Assembly (NCBI GenBank): GCA_044356305.1
Contig: JBIKWM010000002.1
Coordinates: 132,053 to 196,052, forward strand
From: Flavobacteriales bacterium
GTDB taxonomy: Bacteria; Bacteroidota; Bacteroidia; UBA10329
Length of the DNA stretch: 64,000 bases
Reading direction: 5' to 3'
Part shown: positions 9,901 to 19,038 of the stretch, piece by piece
How positions within the stretch are numbered: the first letter of the stretch is position 1
Layout: every line of letters begins with the position of its first letter
Notes under the pieces: generated by a model
The model's database searches: none
What the model saw: the letters and a program-made list of their open reading frames with translations, nothing else
Told to the model about the DNA's origin: nothing
Program-made: the position numbers and the translations under genes

Positions 9901-12900
9901 ATCCAGCGGTTGTAATGGTTGCAGACTGAGCAGTTCCACCGCTCGGGCTCCAGTTATAGGTGTTGGCTGTGCTCGAGGTCAGAGTAACGCTGCCGCCTTG
10001 GCAAATTGCAATTGGACCGCCCGCTGTAACAGTAGGCACAGTCGGAGCAATGTCGTTGCTCAGGGTGAATGCCCCCGTGCCGGTCCCGAATCCTGTGACA
10101 TAAACAAAATACTGCGTTCCAGCTGTGGTGGCCGCTGTCACACTGCTCTGAAGGCCGCAGGCATCGTCATTACCGCCCACGCAGACCAAAGAGGTGCAAG
10201 GCCCTTCAAACACACCTATCTTACTATCGTAAGTAGTGCCAGTGCATGTGTTCAAGGTCACTGCGGCTCCTGTACCGAAGAACGAATACCATACCCCTGG
10301 AGCTGTATTGAGGGTCGTGGTACATGTGGCCGGGGCATCACTTGCATCTGCGCCCACTGTGGTCCCGTTCACTGGCGTTCCGCATGTAAGTGGCAATGCT
10401 CCACCGCACAGATCATTTACCGGAGCTGGGGTACAGGTCAACGTCAGTGTGAAGTCACCTGAATTGGTCCCGAATCCGGTCACGTAGATAAGGTACTCCT
10501 GTCCCACTATAGAAGTGAATGCCACACTGCTCTGAAGGCCGCAGGCGTCATCATTTCCAGCCACGCATCCCAAGGTGGCACAAGGACCGGTGAACACCCC
10601 GATCTTGGTGTCCCAAGCAGCACCCCCACAGGTTGATACTGTAACAGCATCGCCTGTTCCGGTGAATGTGTACCACACACCGGGTGACGTGTTCAATGTC
10701 GTGGTACATGTGGCCGGGGCATCTGCCGCATCAGCTCCGGTAGTTGTACCGTTTACCGATTGTCCACATGTAATTGCAATTGCCCCACCGCACAGGTCGT
10801 TGGGGATTGTATTCGATGTCACAGTCACGGGTTGGCAATCTTGGTCGGTACCACAGGTGTTTGTAACCGTGAGGCAAACTGTGTATGTCCCTGCCGCGGC
10901 ATAGGTATGTGCAGGGTTGGCCGTGTTGTCAGTGCCCCCATCACCAAAATCCCACGCATAGGTTGTTGGCCCACCGGTGCTGGCATCAGTGAAGGTGGCG
11001 TCCAAGTTATTGGTCACTGAAGTGAATGAAGCCGTTGGTGCTGTATTGACCGCTACAGTAGCTGTACCGCTTCCCGTGCCTGTACAAGTCGTTGCATCAG
11101 TAACGTTTGGTATTGTGTAAGTCCCAGCAGTGCTCACGGTCTGAGTGAACGGGCTTGTGGTGATGTTCAATGTCGAATTAGAAGTGCCATCATTCAGAGT
11201 AACTGTCCAAGGGCCTGTGCCGGTGAGGGTGATTGTCAGGTCGGTTGTCTGACCCTGACAGATGGTGGCCCCACCAGATAGTGTTGCGGTCGGGGCCGGG
11301 TTAACAGTGACTACAGTTGGAAGCGATGTAGCCTGGCAATTATTGACATCAACCGTTGTAACGGTATAAGAACCAGAAGTGGTCACCGTATTGGTCTGCC
11401 CTGTTCCACCTGTCGGGGCCCATGTGTAAGAAGCAGAAGTATTTGCCGAAAGGGTAACACTTCCACCCTGACAGAAGGTCGTTGGGCCTCCTGCAGTGAT
11501 GGTCGGGCCGATTGGCGTCATGTTATTGCTGAGTGTGAACGCTCCCGTTGCCGTACCGAAGCCGGTCACATACACGAAGTACTGGGTGCCGGCCGTGGTG
11601 TTTGCCGTCACACTGCTCTGTAGGCCCGAACCGCAACCTGTTGCATCATCATTTCCGGCTATACAGGTAAGTGCGGTGCACGGCCCTTGATAGACCCCTA
11701 TCTTACTGTCATATGTTGTGCCGGTGCAGGTGTTGAAGGTGACCGGGGCGCCCGTACCAAAGAAAGAGTACCACACACCACCTGCAGTATTGAGCGTTGT
11801 GGTACAAGGCGAGAGGGCGCCTGTCGTGGTGGAATTCACAGTGGTGCCGTTCACAGCCACTCCGCATGTGAGCGGAATTGCATTGCCACACAGGTCATTG
11901 GCAGGAGGGGGCGGTGCAACGCAGGTATTGCAGGTCACCGTGGTGGTGCGGCATGTGTTCTGGGTTCCGCACGCATTGCTAGTGCTGATATGCAGCCTAA
12001 CTGTTCCTGAGAATGTGGCCGTCCACGTGATTGGGGTGGTGCCAGAGGCAAGTACAGGCGTAGAGCTTGTCCCATCGGTGAGCACCAGCCAATCTGTTGC
12101 AATACTCGAGGTGAAGGTGTAGGTCTGACCGGCCACCACATTGTTTATCACAGCAAACTCACCAGCGAAATTGCAGGTTGAGATAGTGACTGTTGTCGGT
12201 GTGGTCGGTGCGTTGGCGGTACCGAATTGCGGAGTATGAATGCAGTCAACAGTCCCGACAACCGTCACATTCTGACAGATCTGGTTACTGCCGCAGCCAT
12301 TGGTGGCGGTCAGGCATACGTTATAAGTGCCTCCGGCCGCATAGGTGTATGTCGGGTTCTGAAGGGTCGAGGTGCCTCCGTCACCAAAGGTCCATGCCCA
12401 AGAGGTGGGAGTACCTGTGCTCGCATCCGTGAAGCTCGCGTCAAGTGCAGCCGTTGTCGATGTGAATGCCGCAACCGGGGTGCTGCCCGTGGTCACTGTG
12501 GCCGATCCGCTCGATGTGCCTGTGCAGCCGGTGGCATCGCTCACACTCGATACGGTGTACGTGCCGGCAGTGGTGACCGTGGTGGTGAATGGGCTGGTCA
12601 AAATCCCTGTGGTGGGTGTGCCGTTCAGCACAATACTCCACGGGGCCGTGCCTGTAAGGGCAACGCTCACCGTCACCCCCACTCCGTTGCACACCACACC
12701 ACCACCACTCACCGTGGCTGTTGGGGCCGTGTTCACTGTCACAGTGGTCGGGGCCGATGTCGCAGCGCAGTTGTTCAGATCATTCACTGCAACGGTGTAT
12801 GAACCGGCAGTGGTTATAGTAGCCGACTGAGCCGTGCCTCCACTTGGAGACCATGCATAGGTGTTGGCCGTGCTCGAAGTAAGAGTAACACTGCCGCCCT

Positions 12901-15205
12901 GACAGAAAGTGGTAGGCCCACCGGCAGTCACTGTAGGAGTCACCGCGGTCAAATCATTGCTCAAGGTAAATGCTCCCGTTGCAGTACCGAAGCCGGTCAC
13001 ATACACAAAGTACTGGGTGCCGGCAGTTGTAGCCGCATTCACTGTGCTCTGGAGGCCGCAGGCATCATCATTTCCACCTACACAGGTCAATGAGGCACAT
13101 GGGCCCTGAAACACCCCTATCTTGCTATCATAGGTGGTGCCAGTACATGTATTGAGACTAACTGTGGCACCTGTTCCAAAGAAAGAATACCAAACCCCGG
13201 CAGCTGTATTCAATGCGGTGGTGCACGTTGCAGGAGCGTCAGCAGCGGTGGCACCCACCGTGGTGCCGTTCACCGGAGTACCGCAAGTCAGGGGAATGGC
13301 TCCACCGCACAAGTCATTGGTAGGGGGAGATACGCAAGTGATGCTCATGGTGAATGCACCTGTATTTGCTCCGAACCCAGTAACATAAATGAAATAGGTG
13401 GTTCCTACTGCACTTGTGAAAGTCACGGTGCTCTGCAATCCGCATGCATCGTCATTTCCTGCAACACAGGTCAGCGCCCCGCATGCCCCACTGAATACCC
13501 CAAGTTTACTGTCGTAGGCCGTGCCAGTGCATGTGCTGACTGTAACAATGTCACCCGTTCCCACAAAACGGTACCATATACCCCCAGAAGTATTTAAGGT
13601 CGTAGTGCAGGTTGCTGGTGCATCGGCAAGGTCGGAACCAACCGTGGTACCGGTCACCGTCTGACCGCAGGTAACGGTTATCGCACCGCCACAAAGGTCA
13701 TTCACTATACCACCGGACACAGTCACATTCTGGCAGATCTGATTGCTGCCGCAACCGTTGGTCGCAGTAAGGCACACGTTATAGGTGCCACTCGCTGCGT
13801 AGGTGTAGGATGGGTTCTGCAGGGTCGAGGTGCCTCCGTCACCAAAAGTCCATGCCCAAGAGGTAGGGCTTCCTGTACTTGCATCAGTGAAACTCGCAGC
13901 AAGCGCAGCTGTGGTGGAGGTGAATGCCGCGGTAGGCGTGACTCCCGTAGTAACGACAGCTGAGCCACTCGATGTGCCCGTGCAGCCGTTAGCATCAGTC
14001 ACACTCGATACAGTGTAAGTAGCTGCGGCAGTTACGGTAGTGGTGAATGGGCTCGTAGCGATTCCGTTGAATGGCGTGCCATTAAGGACAATGTTCCAAG
14101 GGGCCGTTCCCGTAAGGGCCACTGAAACTGGCACTCCTACTCCGTTACATACCACGCCACCGCCACTAACTGTGGCTGTTGGGGCTGTGAACACAGTGAC
14201 CGCAGTGGCTGCCGAAGTTGCCGCACAACCATTGATGGTGCCGGCAACGGTGTAGCTTCCTGCAGCAGATACGGTAGCCGATTGGGCCGAACCACCGCTC
14301 GGGCTCCATGCATAGGTGCTTTGGAAAGAAGATGTGAGGGTGACGCTACCACCGGGGCAGAATGAAGTAGGACCGCCAGCTGTAACGGTCGGAGTAACCG
14401 CTGCCAGATCATTCGACATTGTGAAGTTGCCTGTATTGCCACCGAAACCGGTCACATAAACAAGGTAATTCGTCCCAAGAGTGGAGGTGAATGTCACGGT
14501 TGATTGAACCCCGCACGCATCATCATTACCTGCCACACATGTCAGTGCCCCGCATGTGCCCGTGAACACCGCAATCTGGCTGTCGTAATCAGTTCCAGTG
14601 CACGTTGACAGGGTTACAGAAGCTCCGGTTCCAACAAAGCTGTACCATACACCTCCGGCCCCGGTCAGCGCAGCCGATGTTCCACAAGCCGCCCCTGGGG
14701 CACCGGTTGTCGTGGCATTGATGGTTGACTCCGACACAGAAACACCGCAGGTCAATGGAATCGCATCAGCACACAGGTCATTGGCAGGGGGAGTGACAGC
14801 TCCGAACAGACAGCCTGCGCAAGCAGGTTCGGCAGCAGCCTCACCGGCACAGATACCGTCCCATTGGGTATTACAACAGAATGGGTCTAGGGCGCAAATG
14901 GCCGTCTCGCAAGCAGGGTCGCTCGGAAATCCAGCTGTGGCCTGGGTCTGGTCGCAGAATGCACTCCCACCTGTGCTCAAGCAGCCAGCACAAGCAGGTT
15001 CCGCGGCCGCACTCGCTGCACAAATTCCATCCCAAAGGGTGTTGCAACAAAACGGGTCTGCAGGACAAATGGCATTCTGACAGTTGATGTCTGATGGAAA
15101 TCCTGCCGTTCCCTGCGCCTGATCACAGAACTGGGCGAATGCACTTTGAAACCCGAATAGGGCGAATGCGATTGTCGCAATTGTCTGAATGGAGAAATTT
15201 CTCAT
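6962..15205 (-). CDS. Giant (2747 aa) T9SS-secreted adhesin-like repeat protein: two N-terminal 8-Cys modules, many PPC-like domains, PKD domains, Ig-like repeats, type-A sorting domain
   Basis: Signal peptide MRNFSIQTIATIAFALFGFQSAFAQ. Two copies of FCDQxQxTAGFPSD..CxxAICxxDPFCCNTxWDGICA..AAEPACAGCL. ~110-aa modules NDLCGGAIPLTCG...GVWYSF.GTG..VT.STC.GT.YDSKIGVF.G.C..L.CV.GNDDACGLQS.V...GFG..TGAFTLS repeated >8 times. WAWTFGDGGTST..NP.YTY PKD motifs. C-terminal VYPNPSGGQFTV...GTYLLQVLN CTD. Confidence 0.85.
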   Translation of the reverse strand: MRNFSIQTIATIAFALFGFQSAFAQFCDQAQGTAGFPSDINCQNAICPADPFCCNTLWDGICAASAAAEPACAGCLSTGGSAFCDQTQATAGFPSDPACETAICALDPFCCNTQWDGICAGEAAAEPACAGCLFGAVTPPANDLCADAIPLTCGVSVSESTINATTTGAPGAACGTSAALTGAGGVWYSFVGTGASVTLSTCTGTDYDSQIAVFTGTCGALTCVAGNDDACGVQSTVTFTSTLGTNYLVYVTGFGGNTGNFTMSNDLAAVTPTVTAGGPTSFCPGGSVTLTSSFQSTYAWSPSGGSAQSATVSAAGSYTVAGTINGCAATSAATAVTVFTAPTATVSGGGVVCNGVGVPVSVALTGTAPWNIVLNGTPFNGIATSPFTTTVTAAATYTVSSVTDANGCTGTSSGSAVVTTGVTPTAAFTSTTAALAASFTDASTGSPTSWAWTFGDGGTSTLQNPSYTYAASGTYNVCLTATNGCGSNQICQNVTVSGGIVNDLCGGAITVTCGQTVTGTTVGSDLADAPATCTTTLNTSGGIWYRFVGTGDIVTVSTCTGTAYDSKLGVFSGACGALTCVAGNDDACGLQSTVTFTSAVGTTYFIYVTGFGANTGAFTMSITCVSPPTNDLCGGAIPLTCGTPVNGTTVGATAADAPATCTTALNTAAGVWYSFFGTGATVSLNTCTGTTYDSKIGVFQGPCASLTCVGGNDDACGLQSTVNAATTAGTQYFVYVTGFGTATGAFTLSNDLTAVTPTVTAGGPTTFCQGGSVTLTSSTANTYAWSPSGGTAQSATITTAGSYTVAVNDLNNCAATSAPTTVTVNTAPTATVSGGGVVCNGVGVTVSVALTGTAPWSIVLNGTPTTGILTSPFTTTVTTAGTYTVSSVSDATGCTGTSSGSATVTTGSTPVAAFTSTTAALDASFTDASTGTPTSWAWTFGDGGTSTLQNPTYTYAAGGTYNVCLTATNGCGSNQICQNVTVVGTVDCIHTPQFGTANAPTTPTTVTISTCNFAGEFAVINNVVAGQTYTFTSSIATDWLVLTDGTSSTPVLASGTTPITWTATFSGTVRLHISTSNACGTQNTCRTTTVTCNTCVAPPPPANDLCGNAIPLTCGVAVNGTTVNSTTTGALSPCTTTLNTAGGVWYSFFGTGAPVTFNTCTGTTYDSKIGVYQGPCTALTCIAGNDDATGCGSGLQSSVTANTTAGTQYFVYVTGFGTATGAFTLSNNMTPIGPTITAGGPTTFCQGGSVTLSANTSASYTWAPTGGTGQTNTVTTSGSYTVTTVDVNNCQATSLPTVVTVNPAPTATLSGGATICQGQTTDLTITLTGTGPWTVTLNDGTSNSTLNITTSPFTQTVSTAGTYTIPNVTDATTCTGTGSGTATVAVNTAPTASFTSVTNNLDATFTDASTGGPTTYAWDFGDGGTDNTANPAHTYAAAGTYTVCLTVTNTCGTDQDCQPVTVTSNTIPNDLCGGAIAITCGQSVNGTTTGADAADAPATCTTTLNTSPGVWYTFTGTGDAVTVSTCGGAAWDTKIGVFTGPCATLGCVAGNDDACGLQSSVAFTSIVGQEYLIYVTGFGTNSGDFTLTLTCTPAPVNDLCGGALPLTCGTPVNGTTVGADASDAPATCTTTLNTAPGVWYSFFGTGAAVTLNTCTGTTYDSKIGVFEGPCTSLVCVGGNDDACGLQSSVTAATTAGTQYFVYVTGFGTGTGAFTLSNDIAPTVPTVTAGGPIAICQGGSVTLTSSTANTYNWSPSGGTAQSATITTAGSYTVTVNDLNNCSATSTATVVTVNPAPTATLSGGGTACSGQTVDLTITTTGTGPWTVVMNDGSTNSTINVTSSPFTQAVGAAGNYSLVSVADASSCPGTVSGSATVTVTTSPTATISGGGQVCNGVGVDITGTFTGTGPWTVVLNDGLNDIPLPPIVTSPFTQNVTLPGTYTIVSVTDATSCPGTVSGSAIVTSGNGPTAAFTSAPTDLTVVFTDASTGSPTTWAWDFGDSNTSTQQNPTHTYTTAGTYNVCLTVTNNCGTNQICQSVTVTSASCTAAAGTISSSATACLVNGTATLTGTPGGNAVVPGGFATVYALSQGTNIVQVSATPTFTVTATGTYTLHTLVYNPADIDPTSVPLPVPVALVNGQLIQGGGTFCGSLDLVGATVTVVDAIVPTVTALGPVSFCQGGSVDIQSSTANSYSWTPSGNTQTITATATGTYSVTTVDANGCSATSNTIDVTVNSGPTADISGGGAICAGAGVDITGTLTGVGPWDVVVSTPGGPFPITGITASPYSQNVTVPGDYILISVSDASGCPGTVSGTATVTTGGNLPVASFTASANLLTVTFTDASTDATTYAWDFGDSGTSTSASPTHTYLADGTYNVCLTVTNSCGTDQFCQTVTVSSNACPVSAGTLNASAAPACLTPGQTVTLDATPSGNSIVPTGFQTLYLLVQGGIIQQTNTTPSFAVNSNGIYTIHTFVYDPNTFSTATIQNGVTTVASVNAQLLQGGGAICASLALSGVNFNVVTPVVPVVTPQGPTDICPGDAVLLTSSTASQYLWLPNQATASFTHASAPGDYTVTTVDANGCIATSAPVVVTNLPVTTGIITANGNTLTVDQVTTGYQWFHNGDPIPGANDQSYDAVESGYYWVIYTDPNGCETSSDTIEFSYIGIEEVGFDYISVYPNPSGGQFTVAVGEAKEELTFIVTELTGRVLFRQTIAQMGDIRQEISLDVASGTYLLQVLNNDGRGTSSLIQVMR

Positions 15206-15236
15206 GTTGTCGAGATGTTGATGGGGCGCTGCCCGG

Positions 15237-15614
15237 TCATTTGAAGTTGAACTGTCGCCTCGCTGCTCGCGATTCCATTATCATGTCTCTGAATCCAATG
15301 GGATCAGCAGCTACTGCTCTTAGGTATTCTGGGCCTTCCTTGTTCACAAACTGAGGAAAGCGGGAATTGACATTCTTGATGGCCTCATCTATCGAGGCAG
15401 CGTTGCTTATATGGTCCGGAGTCTGATAATCAGCTGGTATTGGCGCGCCAAGTACCTCTTTCACATACCCTTTGATGGTCGGGATGTCCGCAAGTGCCAT
15501 GCGGCCAATCAAACCCTGCTCGGCCTGCGTGTAAGGACGCACTTTATTCGGGGCAATCCCAGCCTGTGCCCAGCAGGAAACGGTGAAATGACACAACAAA
15601 AATGTTGCGATCAT
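15237..15614 (-). CDS. Hypothetical secreted protein (~125 aa) immediately upstream of giant adhesin gene
   Basis: ORF 15237..15692. Best start at internal Met giving signal peptide MIATFLLCHFTVSCWAQA. 31-bp gap to the giant gene start. No recognisable domain. Confidence 0.4.
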   Translation of the reverse strand: MIATFLLCHFTVSCWAQAGIAPNKVRPYTQAEQGLIGRMALADIPTIKGYVKEVLGAPIPADYQTPDHISNAASIDEAIKNVNSRFPQFVNKEGPEYLRAVAADPIGFRDMIMESRAARRQFNFK

Positions 15615-15772
15615 AAGCTTGAAACCTTGGCCAAGAGCGTACACGTTTTCCTTCCCCTTTCTTTTTCCAGAAAAGCCGCCAATAATAAGCATTTAATCGA
15701 AATGAAGATGTCGGAACAGGGACCAATTGTCGGTAGCACAAAACAGATCTCCGTGCGGATTAAATTCCCAGA

Positions 15773-15802
15773 CCAAAAAAAAAGGGGGCCAGTGGCCCCC
15801 TT
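15773..15802 (-). terminator. Intrinsic terminator downstream of 826-aa PPC protein gene
   Basis: Perfect hairpin gggggccaGtggccccc at 15784-15800 with A-run 15773-15783 (T-run on minus strand). Confidence 0.55.
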
Positions 15803-15828
15803 TCCTTTCCGATCCAATGAAATCAGCC

Positions 15829-18261
15829 TTAACGGGAGATGGAGATCCGCTTAGATGCAATCAGACCATCGGCCCCAACAATATTCAGTAGGTAGGTGCC
15901 CGCAGCCAGATCTACATTCAGATTCTGGCGGATGTTGGCCCCGCCCTGAAGCTGATGCGCAATGAGTTTGCGACCACTAAGATCTGTAAGCTCTGCCTGA
16001 ACATTGCCCTGTGCACCTTTCACCTCTATCGTCAGCTCTCCAGCCGATGGGTTGGGGTAAACAGAAAGCGAAACAGCTTCAACTGAATTCAGGCCTGTCA
16101 CTATCACAGTTACCGATTGGCAGTCCTGGTCGCTTCCGCACGCGTTGGTGGCTGTGAGGCAAACGGTATAAGTGCCATTGGCGGTATAGGTATGCGATGG
16201 GCTGGTTGAAGTGCTCGACCCCCCATCACCGAAATCCCATGCATAGGAGGTGGCACCGCCAGTGCTCTGATTGGTGAAGTTAACTGTTGGGTCGGCATTC
16301 TGGAAAGTATAGCCAGCGGTCGGACTATTGCCTGTACCTATAGTAACCGAATTGCTGCGCTGACAGCCATTGCTATCTGTGACGGTCAATGTGTGGGTTC
16401 CAGATGACACAGAGATTGACTGTGTGGTCTGACCACCCGGTGACCACAGGTAACTGAATCCTGTTCCGGCAGGACCACCAATGGTCACGGGATTCCCGTT
16501 GCATGAAGTTGGGCTAGAAGGACTGATGGTGGCATCCGCTACGTACTGGTTGTCGGTGAGCTGAACAAAGAGGTCAGCAGCAGCACCTTGGTAGCCATCC
16601 ACTTGAACATAGTAGACCTGTCCAGCGGTGAGGCAGGTCACTGTCACTTCAGACGAGAACTCGGTTGTCACAAAATTCGGGTTGTCGTCATTGGCGCCCT
16701 CAATAACTGCACCACCACTGGTTATGGCGATGCAGCTTGCCGCACTGTAAACCGCTAGCTGTGTGTCATACGAACCATCGGTGCTGATGGTCACATTACC
16801 CGATGCTGGGGCGACAAATGTGAACCATACCGAATTGTCTACAATCAGGTCGCCACCACACCAGCCATCCTGCGACTCGCAGTTGTTTGTGGTGTTAGAG
16901 CCTTGTGGTGGTACAGGCTCGCCCGCCTCAGCCGTGGCCCCTGTGGTGACGAAAGGCCCATTGGCTCCGAAACTGAGCGGGATAGCCGAACAGACATCAT
17001 CATTGGTGGCCACGACAGCGCCATAAACGCATATATCAAAAGTGGTTGTGGCCGGAATTCCAATGTTGTAGTCATAGACACGCACAAAAATCGTAGCTCC
17101 CGGGGTTGCTCCGGTAAGTACTCCGGCCTCTGCTTCCCCAGACAATGTGTTGTCGAGACAACCCAACGAGGTTAACGCCCCACATGTTCCATCAAACACT
17201 TCCAGAACCGCATCGAACGAGGTTGAGCCGAGCACTTCAATGTTGGCAGCACCATTGGCAGGTACTACAAATGAGTACCATACATCGTCATCGGCAGTAC
17301 CTGCGCAGCCCGCCTGACTCTCAGTGGCTGTGGTCACATCGCCTGATACGGGCACACACGATGTGCCTACCGCAAGGCTCGTTGCACCGGCACACTCGTC
17401 ATTGCCTGTGGCACTCGGGTCGTATACGCATATATCGAAAGTTGTGGTCAGGGGTGCTCCAGTGTAGTAGTCGTACACGCGCAGATAGATGGTCTCACCT
17501 GGCACCCCTCCTGTAAAGGCAGCGGACTCCAACTCGCCTTCCAATGTACCGTCTACACATCCTACGGAAACCAGAGTGGCACAGTCGCCAGTGAAGGCTT
17601 CGACAACCGCATCAAAATTGGCAGAGCCTTGAACATCAATGGTCGCATTACCCGAAGGAGGAACAACAAAGCTGTACCACACATCGTCATCGGCCGTTCC
17701 AGAACAACCTGCCTGACTCTCTGTGGCATTGGTGACATCTCCACTGGTTGGGGTGCAATTGACCGTCACAGATAATGAAGTGGCAGTGGCACACTCATCA
17801 TTGGTGGCCATAGGAGTCTCGTATACGCACATCAGAAAATCTGTGGTGGCCGCCACATCAGCGTCAAAGTCATAAACTCTATAGAAGATTGTGGTACCAG
17901 CCACACCGGTCACTAATACTCCCTCAACTTCTCCATCAACTGTCGCATCAATACAACCAATAGATGTCAAGGCCCCACAAGACCCTTCAAAGAATTCGAG
18001 CACAGCGTCAAATGCCGTGTTACCAAGCACTTCCACTGTGGTAGAGCCGCTCGCTGGCATCACAAAACGGAACCAGATATCATCATTCGCTGTGCCTGCA
18101 CAACCCACTTGGGACTGGGTTGCCCCGGCCACATCGTAGGTGCCGGGCACACAGTCAGCGTTTACCGTCATCAAGATTGAACCTGAACAGTTGTCGTTCT
18201 GGGCCGAAGCGCCAAATGCCAAAAGGCTTAAGGAGGCAAGAAGCGTAAATCTATTTTTCAT
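15829..18261 (-). CDS. T9SS-secreted protein with four PPC (pre-peptidase C-terminal)-like domains, PKD domain and type-A sorting domain
   Basis: Start at MKNRFTLLASLSLLAFGASAQ (ATG 18259-18261). Four ~125-aa modules NDxC..A..L....C....GDV..ATESQAGC.GTADDDVWYSFVVP..G...I.V.G...FDAV.E.F.G.C..L.S.GC.D......E.......G...IY.RVYDY......TFDICVY. YAWDFGDGGSST PKD motif. CTD LSVYPNPSAGELTIEV...GTYLLNIV. Confidence 0.8.
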   Translation of the reverse strand: MKNRFTLLASLSLLAFGASAQNDNCSGSILMTVNADCVPGTYDVAGATQSQVGCAGTANDDIWFRFVMPASGSTTVEVLGNTAFDAVLEFFEGSCGALTSIGCIDATVDGEVEGVLVTGVAGTTIFYRVYDFDADVAATTDFLMCVYETPMATNDECATATSLSVTVNCTPTSGDVTNATESQAGCSGTADDDVWYSFVVPPSGNATIDVQGSANFDAVVEAFTGDCATLVSVGCVDGTLEGELESAAFTGGVPGETIYLRVYDYYTGAPLTTTFDICVYDPSATGNDECAGATSLAVGTSCVPVSGDVTTATESQAGCAGTADDDVWYSFVVPANGAANIEVLGSTSFDAVLEVFDGTCGALTSLGCLDNTLSGEAEAGVLTGATPGATIFVRVYDYNIGIPATTTFDICVYGAVVATNDDVCSAIPLSFGANGPFVTTGATAEAGEPVPPQGSNTTNNCESQDGWCGGDLIVDNSVWFTFVAPASGNVTISTDGSYDTQLAVYSAASCIAITSGGAVIEGANDDNPNFVTTEFSSEVTVTCLTAGQVYYVQVDGYQGAAADLFVQLTDNQYVADATISPSSPTSCNGNPVTIGGPAGTGFSYLWSPGGQTTQSISVSSGTHTLTVTDSNGCQRSNSVTIGTGNSPTAGYTFQNADPTVNFTNQSTGGATSYAWDFGDGGSSTSTSPSHTYTANGTYTVCLTATNACGSDQDCQSVTVIVTGLNSVEAVSLSVYPNPSAGELTIEVKGAQGNVQAELTDLSGRKLIAHQLQGGANIRQNLNVDLAAGTYLLNIVGADGLIASKRISISR

Positions 18262-18345
18262 GTATTGGTTTTTAATGGTAGTTGGGATGAAAAAGGGAAA
18301 ACCGCCCATCGGTCAGAGGGGCGGTTGATTTTGTTAAGAAACAGG

Positions 18346-18663
18346 TCATTTCTTCTCAGCCAAAACGCCCTTGATCTCACCGATGAGTTTATTCAACTCA
18401 GCTTTTGCGGCTTCGGTGGCGTTCTGATTCGCGGCCAACTTGGCCTCATATCGCTCAAGATGTTTCTGAAGGTCCTCCTTTGTCATGGCCCGGTAACGGG
18501 ACATGCGTGCATCAGATTCGTTCACCACTGTTTTGGTCACGGGACCTTGGCTCTCCACCTTGGTCGTGGTCTTTTGGGCAGGAGCTGCCGTGCTGTTGTT
18601 CTGTGCGCTTGCTGACAAGCTGAAAAGCATCAGCGCAACGGGTACGAAAAAAGTCTTCTTCAT
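18346..18663 (-). CDS. Small secreted coiled-coil protein (105 aa), LTXXQ-like (Spy/CpxP-like) candidate
   Basis: Signal peptide MKKTFFVPVALMLFSLSASAQ. S/T-rich linker. MTKEDLQKHLERYEAKLAANQ helix. Terminator-like hairpin accgccc...gggcggt at 18299-18325, downstream of this gene's stop codon. Confidence 0.5.
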   Translation of the reverse strand: MKKTFFVPVALMLFSLSASAQNNSTAAPAQKTTTKVESQGPVTKTVVNESDARMSRYRAMTKEDLQKHLERYEAKLAANQNATEAAKAELNKLIGEIKGVLAEKK

Positions 18664-18715
18664 CTCGATTTCGTTAAGGTTTGTGTGGTTCTCGGAGTTC
18701 GTTCAAGTAGGTTTA

Positions 18716-18994
18716 TCACTCATCAGACGCACGGAGGCCCTTCAGGTGGCCCAGTCTGCGTTCGTAAGCAGCACTGTCAAAATTTGCGTCATTCCTATGT
18801 TCCTCAATGTGGGCCTCCAATTGTTTGATGGCCTTATTGATCTGTTCGCGTGTCATGCCCGAATGTCGCGGCTGAGGCGATTCCTCGGTCACCGCTACCT
18901 TGGCCTCGTTTGGGGCTGCAGAGCTGCCTTCCGATTGTGCAATGGCGCAAAACGAGATAAACACAAGGCTCGAAGAAAGAATCAGTTTCCGCAT
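18716..18994 (-). CDS. Small secreted coiled-coil protein (92 aa), paralog of 18346..18663
   Basis: Signal peptide MRKLILSSSLVFISFCAIAQ. Linker. MTREQINKAIKQLEAHIEEHRND. Confidence 0.5.
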   Translation of the reverse strand: MRKLILSSSLVFISFCAIAQSEGSSAAPNEAKVAVTEESPQPRHSGMTREQINKAIKQLEAHIEEHRNDANFDSAAYERRLGHLKGLRASDE

Positions 18995-19038
18995 GAGATT
19001 CGGATTAAGCGCCCAAATGTAGGACGAATTAGAGATGA

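Noticed and set aside
7908-15080. Dozens of 60-190-aa ORFs on the plus strand inside the giant adhesin gene
   Set aside because: These are shadow ORFs of a GC-rich, repeat-rich gene. Their near-identical recurring translations reflect the DNA repeats, not independent genes.
15411-15854. 147-aa plus-strand ORF between the two cargo genes
   Set aside because: Overlaps the minus-strand secreted ORF and the strong terminator hairpin. Its translation has no signal peptide or motif. The minus-strand ORF is preferred, but both are low-confidence.
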